Origin: a virus
Taxonomy: Duplodnaviria > Caudoviricetes
DNA: 52,581 nt
IMG/VR virus record: IMGVR_UViG_3300033145_001455
Span: 1 to 52,581 of that record
Strand: one strand, 5' to 3'
In this document: positions 18,634-27,608 of the stretch, in pieces
Position numbering within the stretch: position 1 is the stretch's first letter
Layout: each line of letters starts with the position of its first letter
Position numbers and translations under genes: made by a program
Notes under the pieces: generated by a model
Seen by the model: the letters and a program-made list of their open reading frames with translations, nothing else
Told to the model about the DNA's origin: nothing
Database searches by the model: none

Positions 18634-19206
18634 ATGAATAGTAAAGAAACAACATGGATTGAAACTTATACAGGGAAAAAAGTAAATCCGTTTTATCCGA
18701 AAGCAGAAGATATTGATATAGAGGATATTATTCATGCGTTATCTATGAAATGTAGGTTTACTGGTCATTGCAATCAGTTTATGAGTGTAGCAGAGCATAG
18801 TATTTTAGTATCTAATTTTTGTAGTAATGAAAATAAATTATATGGGTTATTGCATGACGCTGGAGAAGCATACTTACCTGATGTTGCAAGACCATTAAAA
18901 CCGTTTATAAGCGGGTTTAAAGAGATTGAAAATAATTTATTAGGAGTAATCTTAAATAAGTTTGGACTTAAATCTGAATTGCCAGAAGAAGTAAAGTTGA
19001 TTGACGGTAAAATGTGTTTGACTGAAGCAAAGCAATTAGGGTTTGATGTTGATTTAGATGAATGGGAAGTAGATATATTTACCGGAAAAGATGTATATGA
19101 AGAAGTAGAATTAATGAATTATAATTGGGTGGTTGTTAAATATCTTTTTAGGAATGAGTTGCTGTTTTATCTTGATGAAAATAAAAATATAAAAAATAGA
19201 GTTTAA
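18634..19206 (+). CDS. HD-domain phosphohydrolase (phage YfdR/YfbR-like 5'-deoxynucleotidase)
   Basis: WIETYTG, DIIHALS..CRFTGH, SVAEHS, GLLHDAGEAY. Confidence 0.88.
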   Translation: MNSKETTWIETYTGKKVNPFYPKAEDIDIEDIIHALSMKCRFTGHCNQFMSVAEHSILVSNFCSNENKLYGLLHDAGEAYLPDVARPLKPFISGFKEIENNLLGVILNKFGLKSELPEEVKLIDGKMCLTEAKQLGFDVDLDEWEVDIFTGKDVYEEVELMNYNWVVVKYLFRNELLFYLDENKNIKNRV

Positions 19207-19217
19207 AGGAGAAGTAT

Positions 19218-19874
19218 ATGGAAGAAAAAGAGCCGAAAGTAAAAAAAATAAAAAAGAAGGAAGGTATTGATTTTATTAAGAAAACTAAAGCTACAAAGGG
19301 AGTAGGGCGTAAAAAACTTGAAGATAAAGGATTGTCAACAGAGATGATGGATTTTGCTTATCTTGTTGGTAATGGAATGGATACACTTATTGCAGGAAGA
19401 CAAGTTGGGTTATCTGATTATCAAATCAATGCATATAAAGAGTTGCCGAAAGTAAAAGCAAAGATAGAAGAAGTAAAAAGGATGAACAAACTTGGGGCAA
19501 TGAGAAGTTGGGTTGAATTTGATGATGAGTTAAGAACAGCAGCAGTACAAACAGCAACAGAGTTTATAACAAGAGCAAGAGATTCAAAAACAGCTCCAAA
19601 AGCAGAAGAGTTAAGATTTGTAGAGTTCTGTATAAAGGAATGGGAGAAGAAAAGAGTAGCGGAAGGAATAGATAGTAAACCAATTAGAACAACAGCAACA
19701 AAGAGGATTACTACTACTGATCAACAACAAATAGAAGGAGGAGATGTAAAGGAAAATAAAAAAGAAGTGGTAGAGGAACAAGAATTAACATTTGAAGAAG
19801 TAGATGACAATCATGTTGATACAGAAGAGCTTGGGGAAGATAGCTTTTATGATGAGGAAGGAGAAGAAGAATGA
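19218..19874 (+). CDS. Probable terminase small subunit
   Basis: LSTEMMDFAYLVGNGMDTLIAGRQVGLS...LPKVKAKIEE resembles the TerS N-terminal HTH; helical middle, acidic tail. Confidence 0.5.
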   Translation: MEEKEPKVKKIKKKEGIDFIKKTKATKGVGRKKLEDKGLSTEMMDFAYLVGNGMDTLIAGRQVGLSDYQINAYKELPKVKAKIEEVKRMNKLGAMRSWVEFDDELRTAAVQTATEFITRARDSKTAPKAEELRFVEFCIKEWEKKRVAEGIDSKPIRTTATKRITTTDQQQIEGGDVKENKKEVVEEQELTFEEVDDNHVDTEELGEDSFYDEEGEEE

Positions 19875-20167
19875 AAGGTATAAAAGACCATATAATAACT
19901 ATAATGGTATTTTTAATTGCTCTCCCTGTTGGAGGTTTTATATTTGCATATAATTGGGGAAGTAAAGTAAACACTATTATGGAGCAGAATAACCAAATAC
20001 TACATCAAATGGCTTATCTTCAGAATAAAGATATTATGGTGTGGAATGATAAGAAAAATCAAGTTGAAACATTAGAAGGGAAGGCATGGAGATATTGGCA
20101 TATGGTTGTTCATGATGAGTTCTTACATGATTTATGTGAGGATGAAAAGGAAGCGAGAAGTAAATGA
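19871..20167 (+). CDS. Hypothetical membrane-anchored protein
   Basis: N-terminal TM helix; ATGA overlaps on both sides. Confidence 0.6.
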   Translation: MKGIKDHIITIMVFLIALPVGGFIFAYNWGSKVNTIMEQNNQILHQMAYLQNKDIMVWNDKKNQVETLEGKAWRYWHMVVHDEFLHDLCEDEKEARSK

Positions 20168-21102
20168 ATAATAATATCTTTATCGCAACTACTACTTTTG
20201 GTTTATATGATGAAAGGCCATTAAACATATTAGAGAATAGTGGGTTTACTATTCATCGTAGAATACTTGATATAAAATTAAATGAAAGAGCTTTGATTGA
20301 AGTTATAGAAGAGCTTAACCCAGTAGGAATTATAGCTGGGACAGAGAAGTATACAAAGAAAGTACTAAGTGAGTGTGGTGCTTTAAAAGTAATTTCAAGA
20401 TGTGGAACAGGTTTGGACAATATCAATTTAGAAGATACAAAGGAATTAGATATAGATGTAGTAAAGACTCAATCACCTTATAGAGCTGTAGCAGAATTAA
20501 CAGTTGGAGGTATCTTATCGCTATTAAGAAAAATACCTTTCCATGATCACTCAGTAATGTCCGGTAATTGGGATAAACAAATGGGGTCTTTACTTTATGG
20601 CAAGACAGTTGGTATTATTGGGCTTGGGAAGATTGGGTTTTATTTATCTAAATTACTATCTTGTTTAGGGTGTCGGATTTTAGATTGTGATCCAGCGAAG
20701 TATATAAGAGATAAAGACAATAGGTTTTATAATTTTGATCTTAATGAAGTATTAGCTAAATCAGATATTATAACACTTCATATTCCCTATAATACTAAGA
20801 ATCATAATTTTTTAAATAGAGAAAAGATGATGAGGATGAAGAAAGGCATGATAGTAGTAAATACAGCTCGTGGTGGCTTAGTTGATGAAGATGTGTTATA
20901 TGATCTGTTAAGTAATAATCATTTAGGTGGAGCAGTATTAGACTGTTTTGAGGAAGAGCCATATTATGGCCCGTTAGCAGATTTAGACAATGTTGTTTTA
21001 ACACCACATATAGGATCTTATGCAGTAGAAGATAGGGTAGAAATGGAAATAGAAGCAGCAAATAACTTAGTAAATATATTAGAATCAAGGAGGAGAAAAT
21101 GA
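20164..21102 (+). CDS. D-isomer-specific 2-hydroxyacid dehydrogenase (phosphoglycerate-dehydrogenase-like, no ACT domain)
   Basis: ISRCGTGLDNI, AVAEL, GIIGLGKIG, TLHIP, VNTARGGLVDE, LDCFEEEP, LTPHIGS. Confidence 0.92.
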   Translation: MNNNIFIATTTFGLYDERPLNILENSGFTIHRRILDIKLNERALIEVIEELNPVGIIAGTEKYTKKVLSECGALKVISRCGTGLDNINLEDTKELDIDVVKTQSPYRAVAELTVGGILSLLRKIPFHDHSVMSGNWDKQMGSLLYGKTVGIIGLGKIGFYLSKLLSCLGCRILDCDPAKYIRDKDNRFYNFDLNEVLAKSDIITLHIPYNTKNHNFLNREKMMRMKKGMIVVNTARGGLVDEDVLYDLLSNNHLGGAVLDCFEEEPYYGPLADLDNVVLTPHIGSYAVEDRVEMEIEAANNLVNILESRRRK

Positions 21103-21704
21103 AACCGATTATATTTATGGGAACAGATATAACCAAATTAAAGGGGGTAAAAGGAGTATTCTTTGATTTTGATGGAACAATAGTTGATTCTGTAGATATA
21201 AAAACAAAGGCATTTGAATTTATATTTAAGGATTATGGAGCAGATATACAAAAGAAAGTAGTAGAATATCATTTAGAACATGGTGGAATATCAAGATATG
21301 ATAAGTTTGGATATTACTATAAAGAATTACTTGATATAGAAATAGATGAAGAGGATATGGAAGCAACAGCAAAGATATTTTCAAATATAGTAATAGATAG
21401 AGTTATAGAAGCAAAATTTATAGATGGGGCGTTAAATACTTTGGGGTGGTATTATACTAAAGATATACCAATGTTTTTATTATCAGGAACACCACAAAAT
21501 GAGTTAATTGAAATAGTAGTAAAAAGAGGGATAAGGAAGATGTTTGAAGAAATAATTGGATCACCTATTAATAAGGTTGAGGAAGTATCAGCTATTATGG
21601 TATTGTCTGGATTAAAACCATATGAATGTGTTTACTTTGGCGATTCAATAGAAGATATGGAAGCAGCAGAAGCAAACAAAGTAAAATATATAGGGATAAC
21701 ATAA
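21099..21704 (+). CDS. HAD-superfamily hydrolase (phosphatase)
   Basis: FFDFDGTIVDS, LSGTP, GSPINK, YFGDSIEDMEAA. Confidence 0.9.
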   Translation: MKPIIFMGTDITKLKGVKGVFFDFDGTIVDSVDIKTKAFEFIFKDYGADIQKKVVEYHLEHGGISRYDKFGYYYKELLDIEIDEEDMEATAKIFSNIVIDRVIEAKFIDGALNTLGWYYTKDIPMFLLSGTPQNELIEIVVKRGIRKMFEEIIGSPINKVEEVSAIMVLSGLKPYECVYFGDSIEDMEAAEANKVKYIGIT

Positions 21705-21783
21705 AGGGTTATATAAAGGCTATTAAACGTCTTTGAGAGCTATAAAGGGCGTTTTTAAGTACGTTATAAAAAGGAGTAATAAA

Positions 21784-21960
21784 ATGGATGGCAAAATTGA
21801 AATAGCTTTTTTAACTTACATTAATTCACTGGAAGCTAAATACTCGTGTAAAATAGATTTTGATATTGTCAATAATACAATCAGTATTGATGCGCCACTA
21901 GATGTTGAAAAAGAAATAGCAATAGAAATTGGTGAAATGTGGTCAGAGTACTTAATATAA
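21784..21960 (+). CDS. Hypothetical 58-aa protein
   Basis: RBS AAGGAG before ATG 21784 (track start 21733 is an upstream TTG). Confidence 0.6.
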   Translation: MDGKIEIAFLTYINSLEAKYSCKIDFDIVNNTISIDAPLDVEKEIAIEIGEMWSEYLI

Positions 21961-21980
21961 AAAGGAGCAATAAAAGTATA

Positions 21981-22292
21981 ATGAAGAAAATAACCATAAC
22001 AAGTATTATAGGAATTGTAACATTGATTGGATTAATATTTGCTTTTGATGATAGATATGCAAAAGCAGTAGATCAACAGCAAGTAATTCAATCTATACAA
22101 AGAACAAATGACAGAATAACAATTGGTACTTTATATGACAAGAAAGAAAGACTACAAAAAAGGATCTATAATCTGGAATCAAATTATCTAGATGAACTTA
22201 CCATGCCAAAAGTAATAAAAGATGAATGTTTGAATTTAAAGCTGGAAATAGAGAGAGTAGAACAGCAGATAAAACAATATGAAGTAAGATGA
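21981..22292 (+). CDS. Membrane-anchored coiled-coil hypothetical protein
   Basis: MKKITITSIIGIVTLIGLIFAF then coiled coil; track start 21939. Confidence 0.6.
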   Translation: MKKITITSIIGIVTLIGLIFAFDDRYAKAVDQQQVIQSIQRTNDRITIGTLYDKKERLQKRIYNLESNYLDELTMPKVIKDECLNLKLEIERVEQQIKQYEVR

Positions 22293-22474
22293 AGAAGATA
22301 TATTGTAAAACTTGTAAATATATTTGTGACGTTCTAAGGATATGCAGTTCTCCTCATAATACTATTGAAACAGAAAAAGAAAATTGGTATGAGAAAACAA
22401 CAAAAATAGAACATATATTAAAAGCAAGAGATATAAACAAGGATAATGATTGTGAATGGTATGAAGAGAAATAA
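22289..22474 (+). CDS. Small Cys-rich hypothetical protein
   Basis: YCKTCKY...C...NKDNDCEWYE. Confidence 0.6.
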   Translation: MKKIYCKTCKYICDVLRICSSPHNTIETEKENWYEKTTKIEHILKARDINKDNDCEWYEEK

Positions 22475-22496
22475 TTATTAATTAGAGAGTGTAATA

Positions 22497-22560
22497 TGTA
22501 AAAACTATTACTTAGTTACAGAAACAGTTATTTATTAACATATCGCTGTAAAAACTATTA
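22497..22560. repeat. Two perfect 14-bp direct repeats TGTAAAAACTATTA, 50 bp apart, intergenic
   Basis: Copies at 22497-22510 and 22547-22560. Confidence 0.8.
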
Positions 22561-22578
22561 TAAGAAAAAGGAGAGTAA

Positions 22579-22755
22579 ATGAAAAACTTTATTATTTTTA
22601 TGACAGTATTATTTTTACCGGTTATTGGGTTGCTTTGTTATGCAGGATATTGTGATTGGCAAAGAAATAAAAAATATAAACTTGAAAAAGAAAAACCATC
22701 TTATCAGAAGCGGAAAGATAATTGGTTAAAACAACAGAAGAAGGAGAGTAAATAA
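22579..22755 (+). CDS. Hypothetical 58-aa membrane-anchored protein (not in ORF track)
   Basis: RBS AAGGAG, MKNFIIFMTVLFLPVIGLLCYAG...KKESK. Confidence 0.6.
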   Translation: MKNFIIFMTVLFLPVIGLLCYAGYCDWQRNKKYKLEKEKPSYQKRKDNWLKQQKKESK

Positions 22756-22892
22756 TGAGACCGGAATCATATTACAACAATCTTCAACCAATAACAGATG
22801 AACAAATAGAGAGAATAAAAGAAGTAATAAAACATTACCAAGAAAGAAAAGAAGATATAAAAAACATACTAAAAGAAACATATAAACAATAG
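22755..22892 (+). CDS. Hypothetical 45-aa protein (not in ORF track)
   Basis: RBS AAGGAG, TAATG coupling, MRPESYYNNLQP...TYKQ. Confidence 0.5.
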   Translation: MRPESYYNNLQPITDEQIERIKEVIKHYQERKEDIKNILKETYKQ

Positions 22893-22989
22893 AGCTGGTA
22901 ATATAATAGTGGTATATACAAAGTTATTAAAGTATAATAAATGTAAGGTTAATAGAGTGTATAAGGAATAGTGTGGTAATGATATGTAA

Positions 22990-23202
22990 ATGGATAATAA
23001 TAAAGAGAATAAGGGAAGAGATGAGAGAGGGAATATATGTGGGTGGTTATACCCATCTACTAAGCACAAAACAAATACTACCCCAAATAAAGATGAAGTA
23101 TTCGAGTTTGCTAAAATGACACCGCTGAATATGGAGAAGATAATAAGGAAAGTATTGCAAGAATCAAAACAGAACACCATAGAAAGGATAAAGAAAGAAT
23201 GA
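22990..23202 (+). CDS. Hypothetical protein
   Basis: ORF track; ATGA overlap with next gene. Confidence 0.5.
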   Translation: MDNNKENKGRDERGNICGWLYPSTKHKTNTTPNKDEVFEFAKMTPLNMEKIIRKVLQESKQNTIERIKKE

Positions 23203-23441
23203 ATTATAAATGTAAAGTTTGTAATGAACCTCTTGATAATTGTTATAGGTCTTTTGGATTAAAGTTTGTTGATGGGGAGTTCTACAATACTACTGTTTTT
23301 GATGCACACTTTTGTCTTTGTGGTGTTTGCCTTACAGGAATATCTGAGTTTAATAAGAAGATAGAAGAAGAGAAACACTCATGGCAATGTATGGATAGAA
23401 AAAAGAAAGAAGCGGATCAAGATATAGCCGGGTTAAAGTAG
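23199..23441 (+). CDS. Small zinc-finger hypothetical protein
   Basis: CKVC...CLCGVC. Confidence 0.55.
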   Translation: MNYKCKVCNEPLDNCYRSFGLKFVDGEFYNTTVFDAHFCLCGVCLTGISEFNKKIEEEKHSWQCMDRKKKEADQDIAGLK

Positions 23442-23559
23442 TGAGTATATATACCATTTAAACTATATGAGAGCTATGAGGTTAAACGATAATAACAAAT
23501 GAATATAAAGTATAGCACTAAGATAAATGATTACATATCCGAGGTTCTAATGAGAAGTA

Positions 23560-23760
23560 TTAGTACTACGGTAGGGGTAGTAAAGAGTTACCTTTTTTGG
23601 AGAGGGGGGTAGTATTTGAATCTGGGGAATTTTCGAAGTAGGGGGGGTGGGGGAGACCAAAATAAAATCCCAACAAATATTTCATTTCCAATAACAGCTT
23701 TAATGGAATATAAAAATTTTAAAATAAAATTCTAAAAAATTTTTCAAAAAAAATCAAAGG
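23560..23760. other. Non-coding G-tract/A-tract region; candidate packaging (pac/cos) site
   Basis: G6 (23604-09), G4 (23624-27), G7 (23641-47), G5 (23649-53) then A/T tracts, inside the longest intergenic gap, upstream of terL. Confidence 0.4.
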
Positions 23761-23770
23761 AGAAAATAAA

Positions 23771-24043
23771 ATGGAACTAACTAAATACGGAATACAAAAA
23801 AGCAGTAAGATTAAAAGTACAATAGTAATAGTACTTTTAATAACGCTGTTCATATTTCAGGGAATAAGTTATTATAAATTAAATGAGCAATTAAAAGAAG
23901 AAAAAATAAAAACTTGTAATATGGAAGAAACAATAGAAAGAGATTTCTTATTCATAGATACCTTTATGGTGCAAGTTGTAAACAGAATTACTAATCTTGA
24001 AGAACAACCCAACAATAGATACTATAGGCCAGTAACTCAATAA
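23771..24043 (+). CDS. Hypothetical membrane-anchored protein
   Basis: RBS AAGGAG; TM segment IVIVLLITLFIFQGISYY. Confidence 0.6.
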   Translation: MELTKYGIQKSSKIKSTIVIVLLITLFIFQGISYYKLNEQLKEEKIKTCNMEETIERDFLFIDTFMVQVVNRITNLEEQPNNRYYRPVTQ

Positions 24044-24077
24044 ACTAAAAACAGTACTACTTAATAAACTAAAAATT

Positions 24078-24377
24078 ATGGGAGACAATAAATATAAAGC
24101 AAGACATAAAAAATTAGGATTGTGTAAAAATTGTAGTAGAAAAGTAATACCCGGAAAATTAAGATGTATTATTCATACAATAACAGGAAATGAAAAGCAG
24201 AAAATAACATATTTAAAAATCAGAGAGAAAAGAATTAAACAAATGAGGGAAAGAAAAAACAGGTTGAGAAAAGAAGGGAGATGCCCAGACTGTGGAGTAA
24301 AATTAGACCCGGAATATGACAAGGGATATATTTGTTGTGTTAATTGTTTAGATAACAAAAGGGGGGGGAGAAATTGA
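24078..24377 (+). CDS. Basic zinc-ribbon protein
   Basis: GLCKNC...CIIH and GRCPDCG...CVNC. Confidence 0.65.
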   Translation: MGDNKYKARHKKLGLCKNCSRKVIPGKLRCIIHTITGNEKQKITYLKIREKRIKQMRERKNRLRKEGRCPDCGVKLDPEYDKGYICCVNCLDNKRGGRN

Positions 24378-25249
24378 AGATAATAAAAAAAGTATTACCA
24401 ATGAATCATAATATATTTTATTTTGGAGATCTTCATGTAGGAAGTATATTACATTATAGAAAAGGATTTTTAAAATTAAAAGAAATAGTTTGTAATGAGT
24501 ATGATGGGATACCAGCCAAAGATAATTATTTAGTGGATCATGGAGATCAATTTGAAGCAATAGCAATAGATGATAAAAGATTTGATCCATTAATGCATGC
24601 AGAAAAAAAAGATTTTTATGTTGATCATCAATACGAAGAAGTAAAGAAATTATATGAGCCGATAAAAGAAAAAATATTGGCAATATTATATGGGAATCAT
24701 TTACAGAAGCACAAAGGTATATGTAATTATGCAAAGAAATTAGCTGGAGAATTAGAAGTAGAGTATGGTACATGGTCTTGTAAAATACATTATATAAATA
24801 ATAATGGGAGTTTAATGTATAAATCATATCATACCCATGGAAGAAAACAAGTGAATAGTTATGCTGATGATCCAAAGAGAAGAAAAGTTGGTAAGCAATT
24901 AATATTAAAAAGACAGTTAAGAGAAAAATTCGGAGATTGTGTAGTTATGTGCAAAGGTCATACTCATAAATTAATAGTATGTCCACCTGAAAGAGAATTA
25001 TACCTTACGGATAGTGGTAGAAAAACAGTTCAGAATTATACTTCTCATACGGAGGGACAAAATAAACAGTATATACACCCAGATAATAGGTGGTATGTAA
25101 ATACAGGAAGTTTTATGAAAATGTATGCAGATGATCAAGAAGTATCGGGGTATGCGGAAATGGCAGAATATGATCCGGTAGAACTTGGATTTGTTGTTGG
25201 CAAATGCAGAAATGGGAAAATAGTAGATGTGAAAGAAATAATTTTATGA
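24374..25249 (+). CDS. Calcineurin-like metallophosphoesterase
   Basis: FGDLHVG, HGDQFE, YGNHL, HTHG, KGHTH, NTGSF motifs. Confidence 0.85.
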   Translation: MKIIKKVLPMNHNIFYFGDLHVGSILHYRKGFLKLKEIVCNEYDGIPAKDNYLVDHGDQFEAIAIDDKRFDPLMHAEKKDFYVDHQYEEVKKLYEPIKEKILAILYGNHLQKHKGICNYAKKLAGELEVEYGTWSCKIHYINNNGSLMYKSYHTHGRKQVNSYADDPKRRKVGKQLILKRQLREKFGDCVVMCKGHTHKLIVCPPERELYLTDSGRKTVQNYTSHTEGQNKQYIHPDNRWYVNTGSFMKMYADDQEVSGYAEMAEYDPVELGFVVGKCRNGKIVDVKEIIL

Positions 25250-26943
25250 AAGTAAAAGAATACAAAACAAATAAACTTATAGAAGGGATACTTAATTTTA
25301 ATCTTGCTACTAAAGCTACACAAACTAAGAGCATGAATAGAAGAAAAGTAAATGAGTTTATAGAAGAGTATTTAATTCGTGAAGACTATGATGATTTTGT
25401 GAGAAGCTTTTTAGAAGAGTTGATTTCACAAGGTGGGCCAAAGCATCCAGACATACTTCATTTTTATATACGGTTGTTCTTAGGAATAAATATACCAAGA
25501 AAGAAAATATGCCCGGAACATCATGCACCATTTACTTATGTATCAAATATGTTTTTTGAGAAGATAAGAAATAGTATAGCGTTTGCAAATAGAACTGGTG
25601 GTAAGACATTGAATATTGCTATACTTAATCATTGTGACATGATATTTAAAGAAGGCTGTGAAATTGCATCGGCAGGGGCTACAAAAGATCAGGCAGCAAA
25701 GATGTATAAATACTTCACAGGATTTCACAACAAGAACCAATATTTACAGGATTACTATTCAAGAGAACCTACCAAGCAGTATTCAGAATACAAAAACTTA
25801 TCATCATTAGAGATTATTACGGGAAGTGTTAAAGGGTTAAATTCTCCGCATCCACAAAAAGCAAGAATAGATGAAGTAGAGTTAATGGATTGGGAAGTAT
25901 TGCAAGAAGGATTGTCGATGTCAATATCTTCTAATGAGATTATGGGTCAGAATACTTTTTCTAGTACTAGAAAATACGAAGCAGGAACAATGCAGAAGTT
26001 ATTGGATGTAGCAAGTGATCAGCCTGATAGATTCAAAGTTTATGGTTGGTGTATTTGGGAAGTAATGGAGAAGTGTACAAGAGAATGTAAGGATGATAAG
26101 CAACATGGTACTTGCCCAATATTAGAACAATGTAATGGCAAAGCAAAGAAGTGTGCCGGATTTTATAAGGTGGATGATTTTATTGATAAGGCAGTACTTC
26201 TTGACAAAGATGTTTTAGAAGCTCAATGGTTTAATAAAAAACCGAGTAGACAGATTTATGTATATGGGGATTATTGGGATAGGGAAGTAAATTTTATTCC
26301 AAGAAAAGAATTAAAAGGAGAAGTTTATAAAGTAGGGGCTATTGATTTTGGGTCTTCTCCGGGACATCCATTTGTATTTAAGATTTATTTATGTGATTGT
26401 AATGAGTATAAGAAAGCTGTTGAGAGATCAGAAGCGGATGAAATAATAAGAGAGAAAGTAAAGTATTACTTATCATATGAGTATAGGTCTGGGAAAGATA
26501 CTATAGAAGGTCATGCAAATAAAATAAAAGATGCTCCGGGCTTTACTGCTGATATGCCGATATTCGCAGATCCTTCAGCAAAACAACAAAGAATAGATCT
26601 GGAAGAGTTATATGGAATAAATACTTATGAAGCGGATAATGCAGTTGAAGCAGGAATAGAGAAGGTAAGAAGCCATTTGCAAAATGGGCAAGCAGGATCA
26701 CATTACTTTATATTTGATGACTATTATGATTGTGAAGAAATAGACATAGTAGGAACTGATGTGGAGTTTGAAAGGTATAAGTACAGAAGAACAAAAGAAG
26801 GGCATATAAATAAAAAAGAGCCGTTAAAAACAGATGATCATGGAATGGATTGTGACAGGTATGCAATCTCAAGTAGTATTGTCTATTTTAGAGAAGTTTT
26901 TTTTCCAATAGAGGAGGATATAAGTGGCGGATTTTGGGAGTAG
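25246..26943 (+). CDS. terL: Terminase large subunit
   Basis: Walker A ANRTGGKT, Walker B ARIDEVE, motif III SST, nuclease [23 protein letters not shown]; ATGA overlap favours 25246 over 25204. Confidence 0.92.
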   Translation: MKVKEYKTNKLIEGILNFNLATKATQTKSMNRRKVNEFIEEYLIREDYDDFVRSFLEELISQGGPKHPDILHFYIRLFLGINIPRKKICPEHHAPFTYVSNMFFEKIRNSIAFANRTGGKTLNIAILNHCDMIFKEGCEIASAGATKDQAAKMYKYFTGFHNKNQYLQDYYSREPTKQYSEYKNLSSLEIITGSVKGLNSPHPQKARIDEVELMDWEVLQEGLSMSISSNEIMGQNTFSSTRKYEAGTMQKLLDVASDQPDRFKVYGWCIWEVMEKCTRECKDDKQHGTCPILEQCNGKAKKCAGFYKVDDFIDKAVLLDKDVLEAQWFNKKPSRQIYVYGDYWDREVNFIPRKELKGEVYKVGAIDFGSSPGHPFVFKIYLCDCNEYKKAVERSEADEIIREKVKYYLSYEYRSGKDTIEGHANKIKDAPGFTADMPIFADPSAKQQRIDLEELYGINTYEADNAVEAGIEKVRSHLQNGQAGSHYFIFDDYYDCEEIDIVGTDVEFERYKYRRTKEGHINKKEPLKTDDHGMDCDRYAISSSIVYFREVFFPIEEDISGGFWE

Positions 26944-26945
26944 CA

Positions 26946-27521
26946 ATGGATAAAAATTTAAGTATTAAATGTGAAGAAAAGATTTTAAAATGCAAGGCAT
27001 ATAAAAGAAAAAGTTATAAAGCTAAATGTAGAAATGAGCTGTATCTTTTAATGAAAGAAGATATTATTAAATGGATCAAATCTATTTTAAGGAAATGGTA
27101 TAAACATGAAACAGAAGAAGAAGTACTTTCGTTAAGTTGGGATTGCTTTGAGTTCTGTTTAAAACATTATAAGATAAATGGAAAGAATAAAGTAGAGAAA
27201 CATTTTTATAATTATATTTCATACTACCTTCTTAATAGGTATGGGCAAAAAGAAAGTGTTCATTTGCCATTAGATGAATTGAAAGATGTCATATCTATTG
27301 TTAAAACTCCTCATAATATTGCATTTGAAAAGCTTTTAACATTAATGCAGTTTAAAGAGTGCATACCAGAGAAGTATAAACTAGTTTGGGATGATGCGAT
27401 ACAATCGTTAAGTTTATATTCAAAAGAAAGGATGGTTACAATACCCTTAAATATGGATAAACGGGTTTATAATGCTATAAAAAAGGTCTTTATAGAGCAA
27501 ATAAAAATGATACTGAATTAA
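26946..27521 (+). CDS. Sigma-70-like transcription factor (candidate late sigma factor)
   Basis: Region-2-like pattern RNELYLLMKEDIIKWI...EEVLSLSWDCFEFCLKHYKINGKNKVEKHFYNYI; track start 26934. Confidence 0.55.
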   Translation: MDKNLSIKCEEKILKCKAYKRKSYKAKCRNELYLLMKEDIIKWIKSILRKWYKHETEEEVLSLSWDCFEFCLKHYKINGKNKVEKHFYNYISYYLLNRYGQKESVHLPLDELKDVISIVKTPHNIAFEKLLTLMQFKECIPEKYKLVWDDAIQSLSLYSKERMVTIPLNMDKRVYNAIKKVFIEQIKMILN

Positions 27522-27557
27522 AGAAAACTTTGAAACACTATTTTTCTTTTTTATATA
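27510..27557 (+). promoter_or_regulatory. Candidate late promoter upstream of portal (repeated at 37916-37961)
   Basis: ATACTGAATTAAAGAAAACTTTGAAACACTATTTTTCTTTTTTATATA; near-identical copy before the prohead protease. Confidence 0.65.
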
Positions 27558-27608
27558 GTAAGACTATATAAAAATTTATTAAAGAAAAACTCTTAAAGGA
27601 GAAAAGAT

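Noticed and set aside
10145-21102. Labelling 10145..11305 as hemL and 20164..21102 as serA auxiliary metabolic genes
   Set aside because: Family motifs fit, but the glycan-cluster context and missing ACT domain point to sugar or acyl-group modification, so gene symbols were withheld
1-21704. Reading the sugar genes as a host chromosomal O-antigen/capsule locus next to a prophage
   Set aside because: Genes are interleaved with typical phage ORFs (HNH, DUF1599, YfdR-like HD, TerS-like), no wzx/wzy/wzz is present, and no att/integrase boundary is visible
24361-24368. G8 homopolymer as a phase-variation switch
   Set aside because: It sits at the very end of a small ORF and doubles as the RBS for the next gene; no frameshifted gene depends on it
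26040-26170. Cys-rich insert in TerL as a possible intein or intron
   Set aside because: Too short, no intein terminal motifs (C...HN), frame uninterrupted; more likely a small Zn-binding insertion
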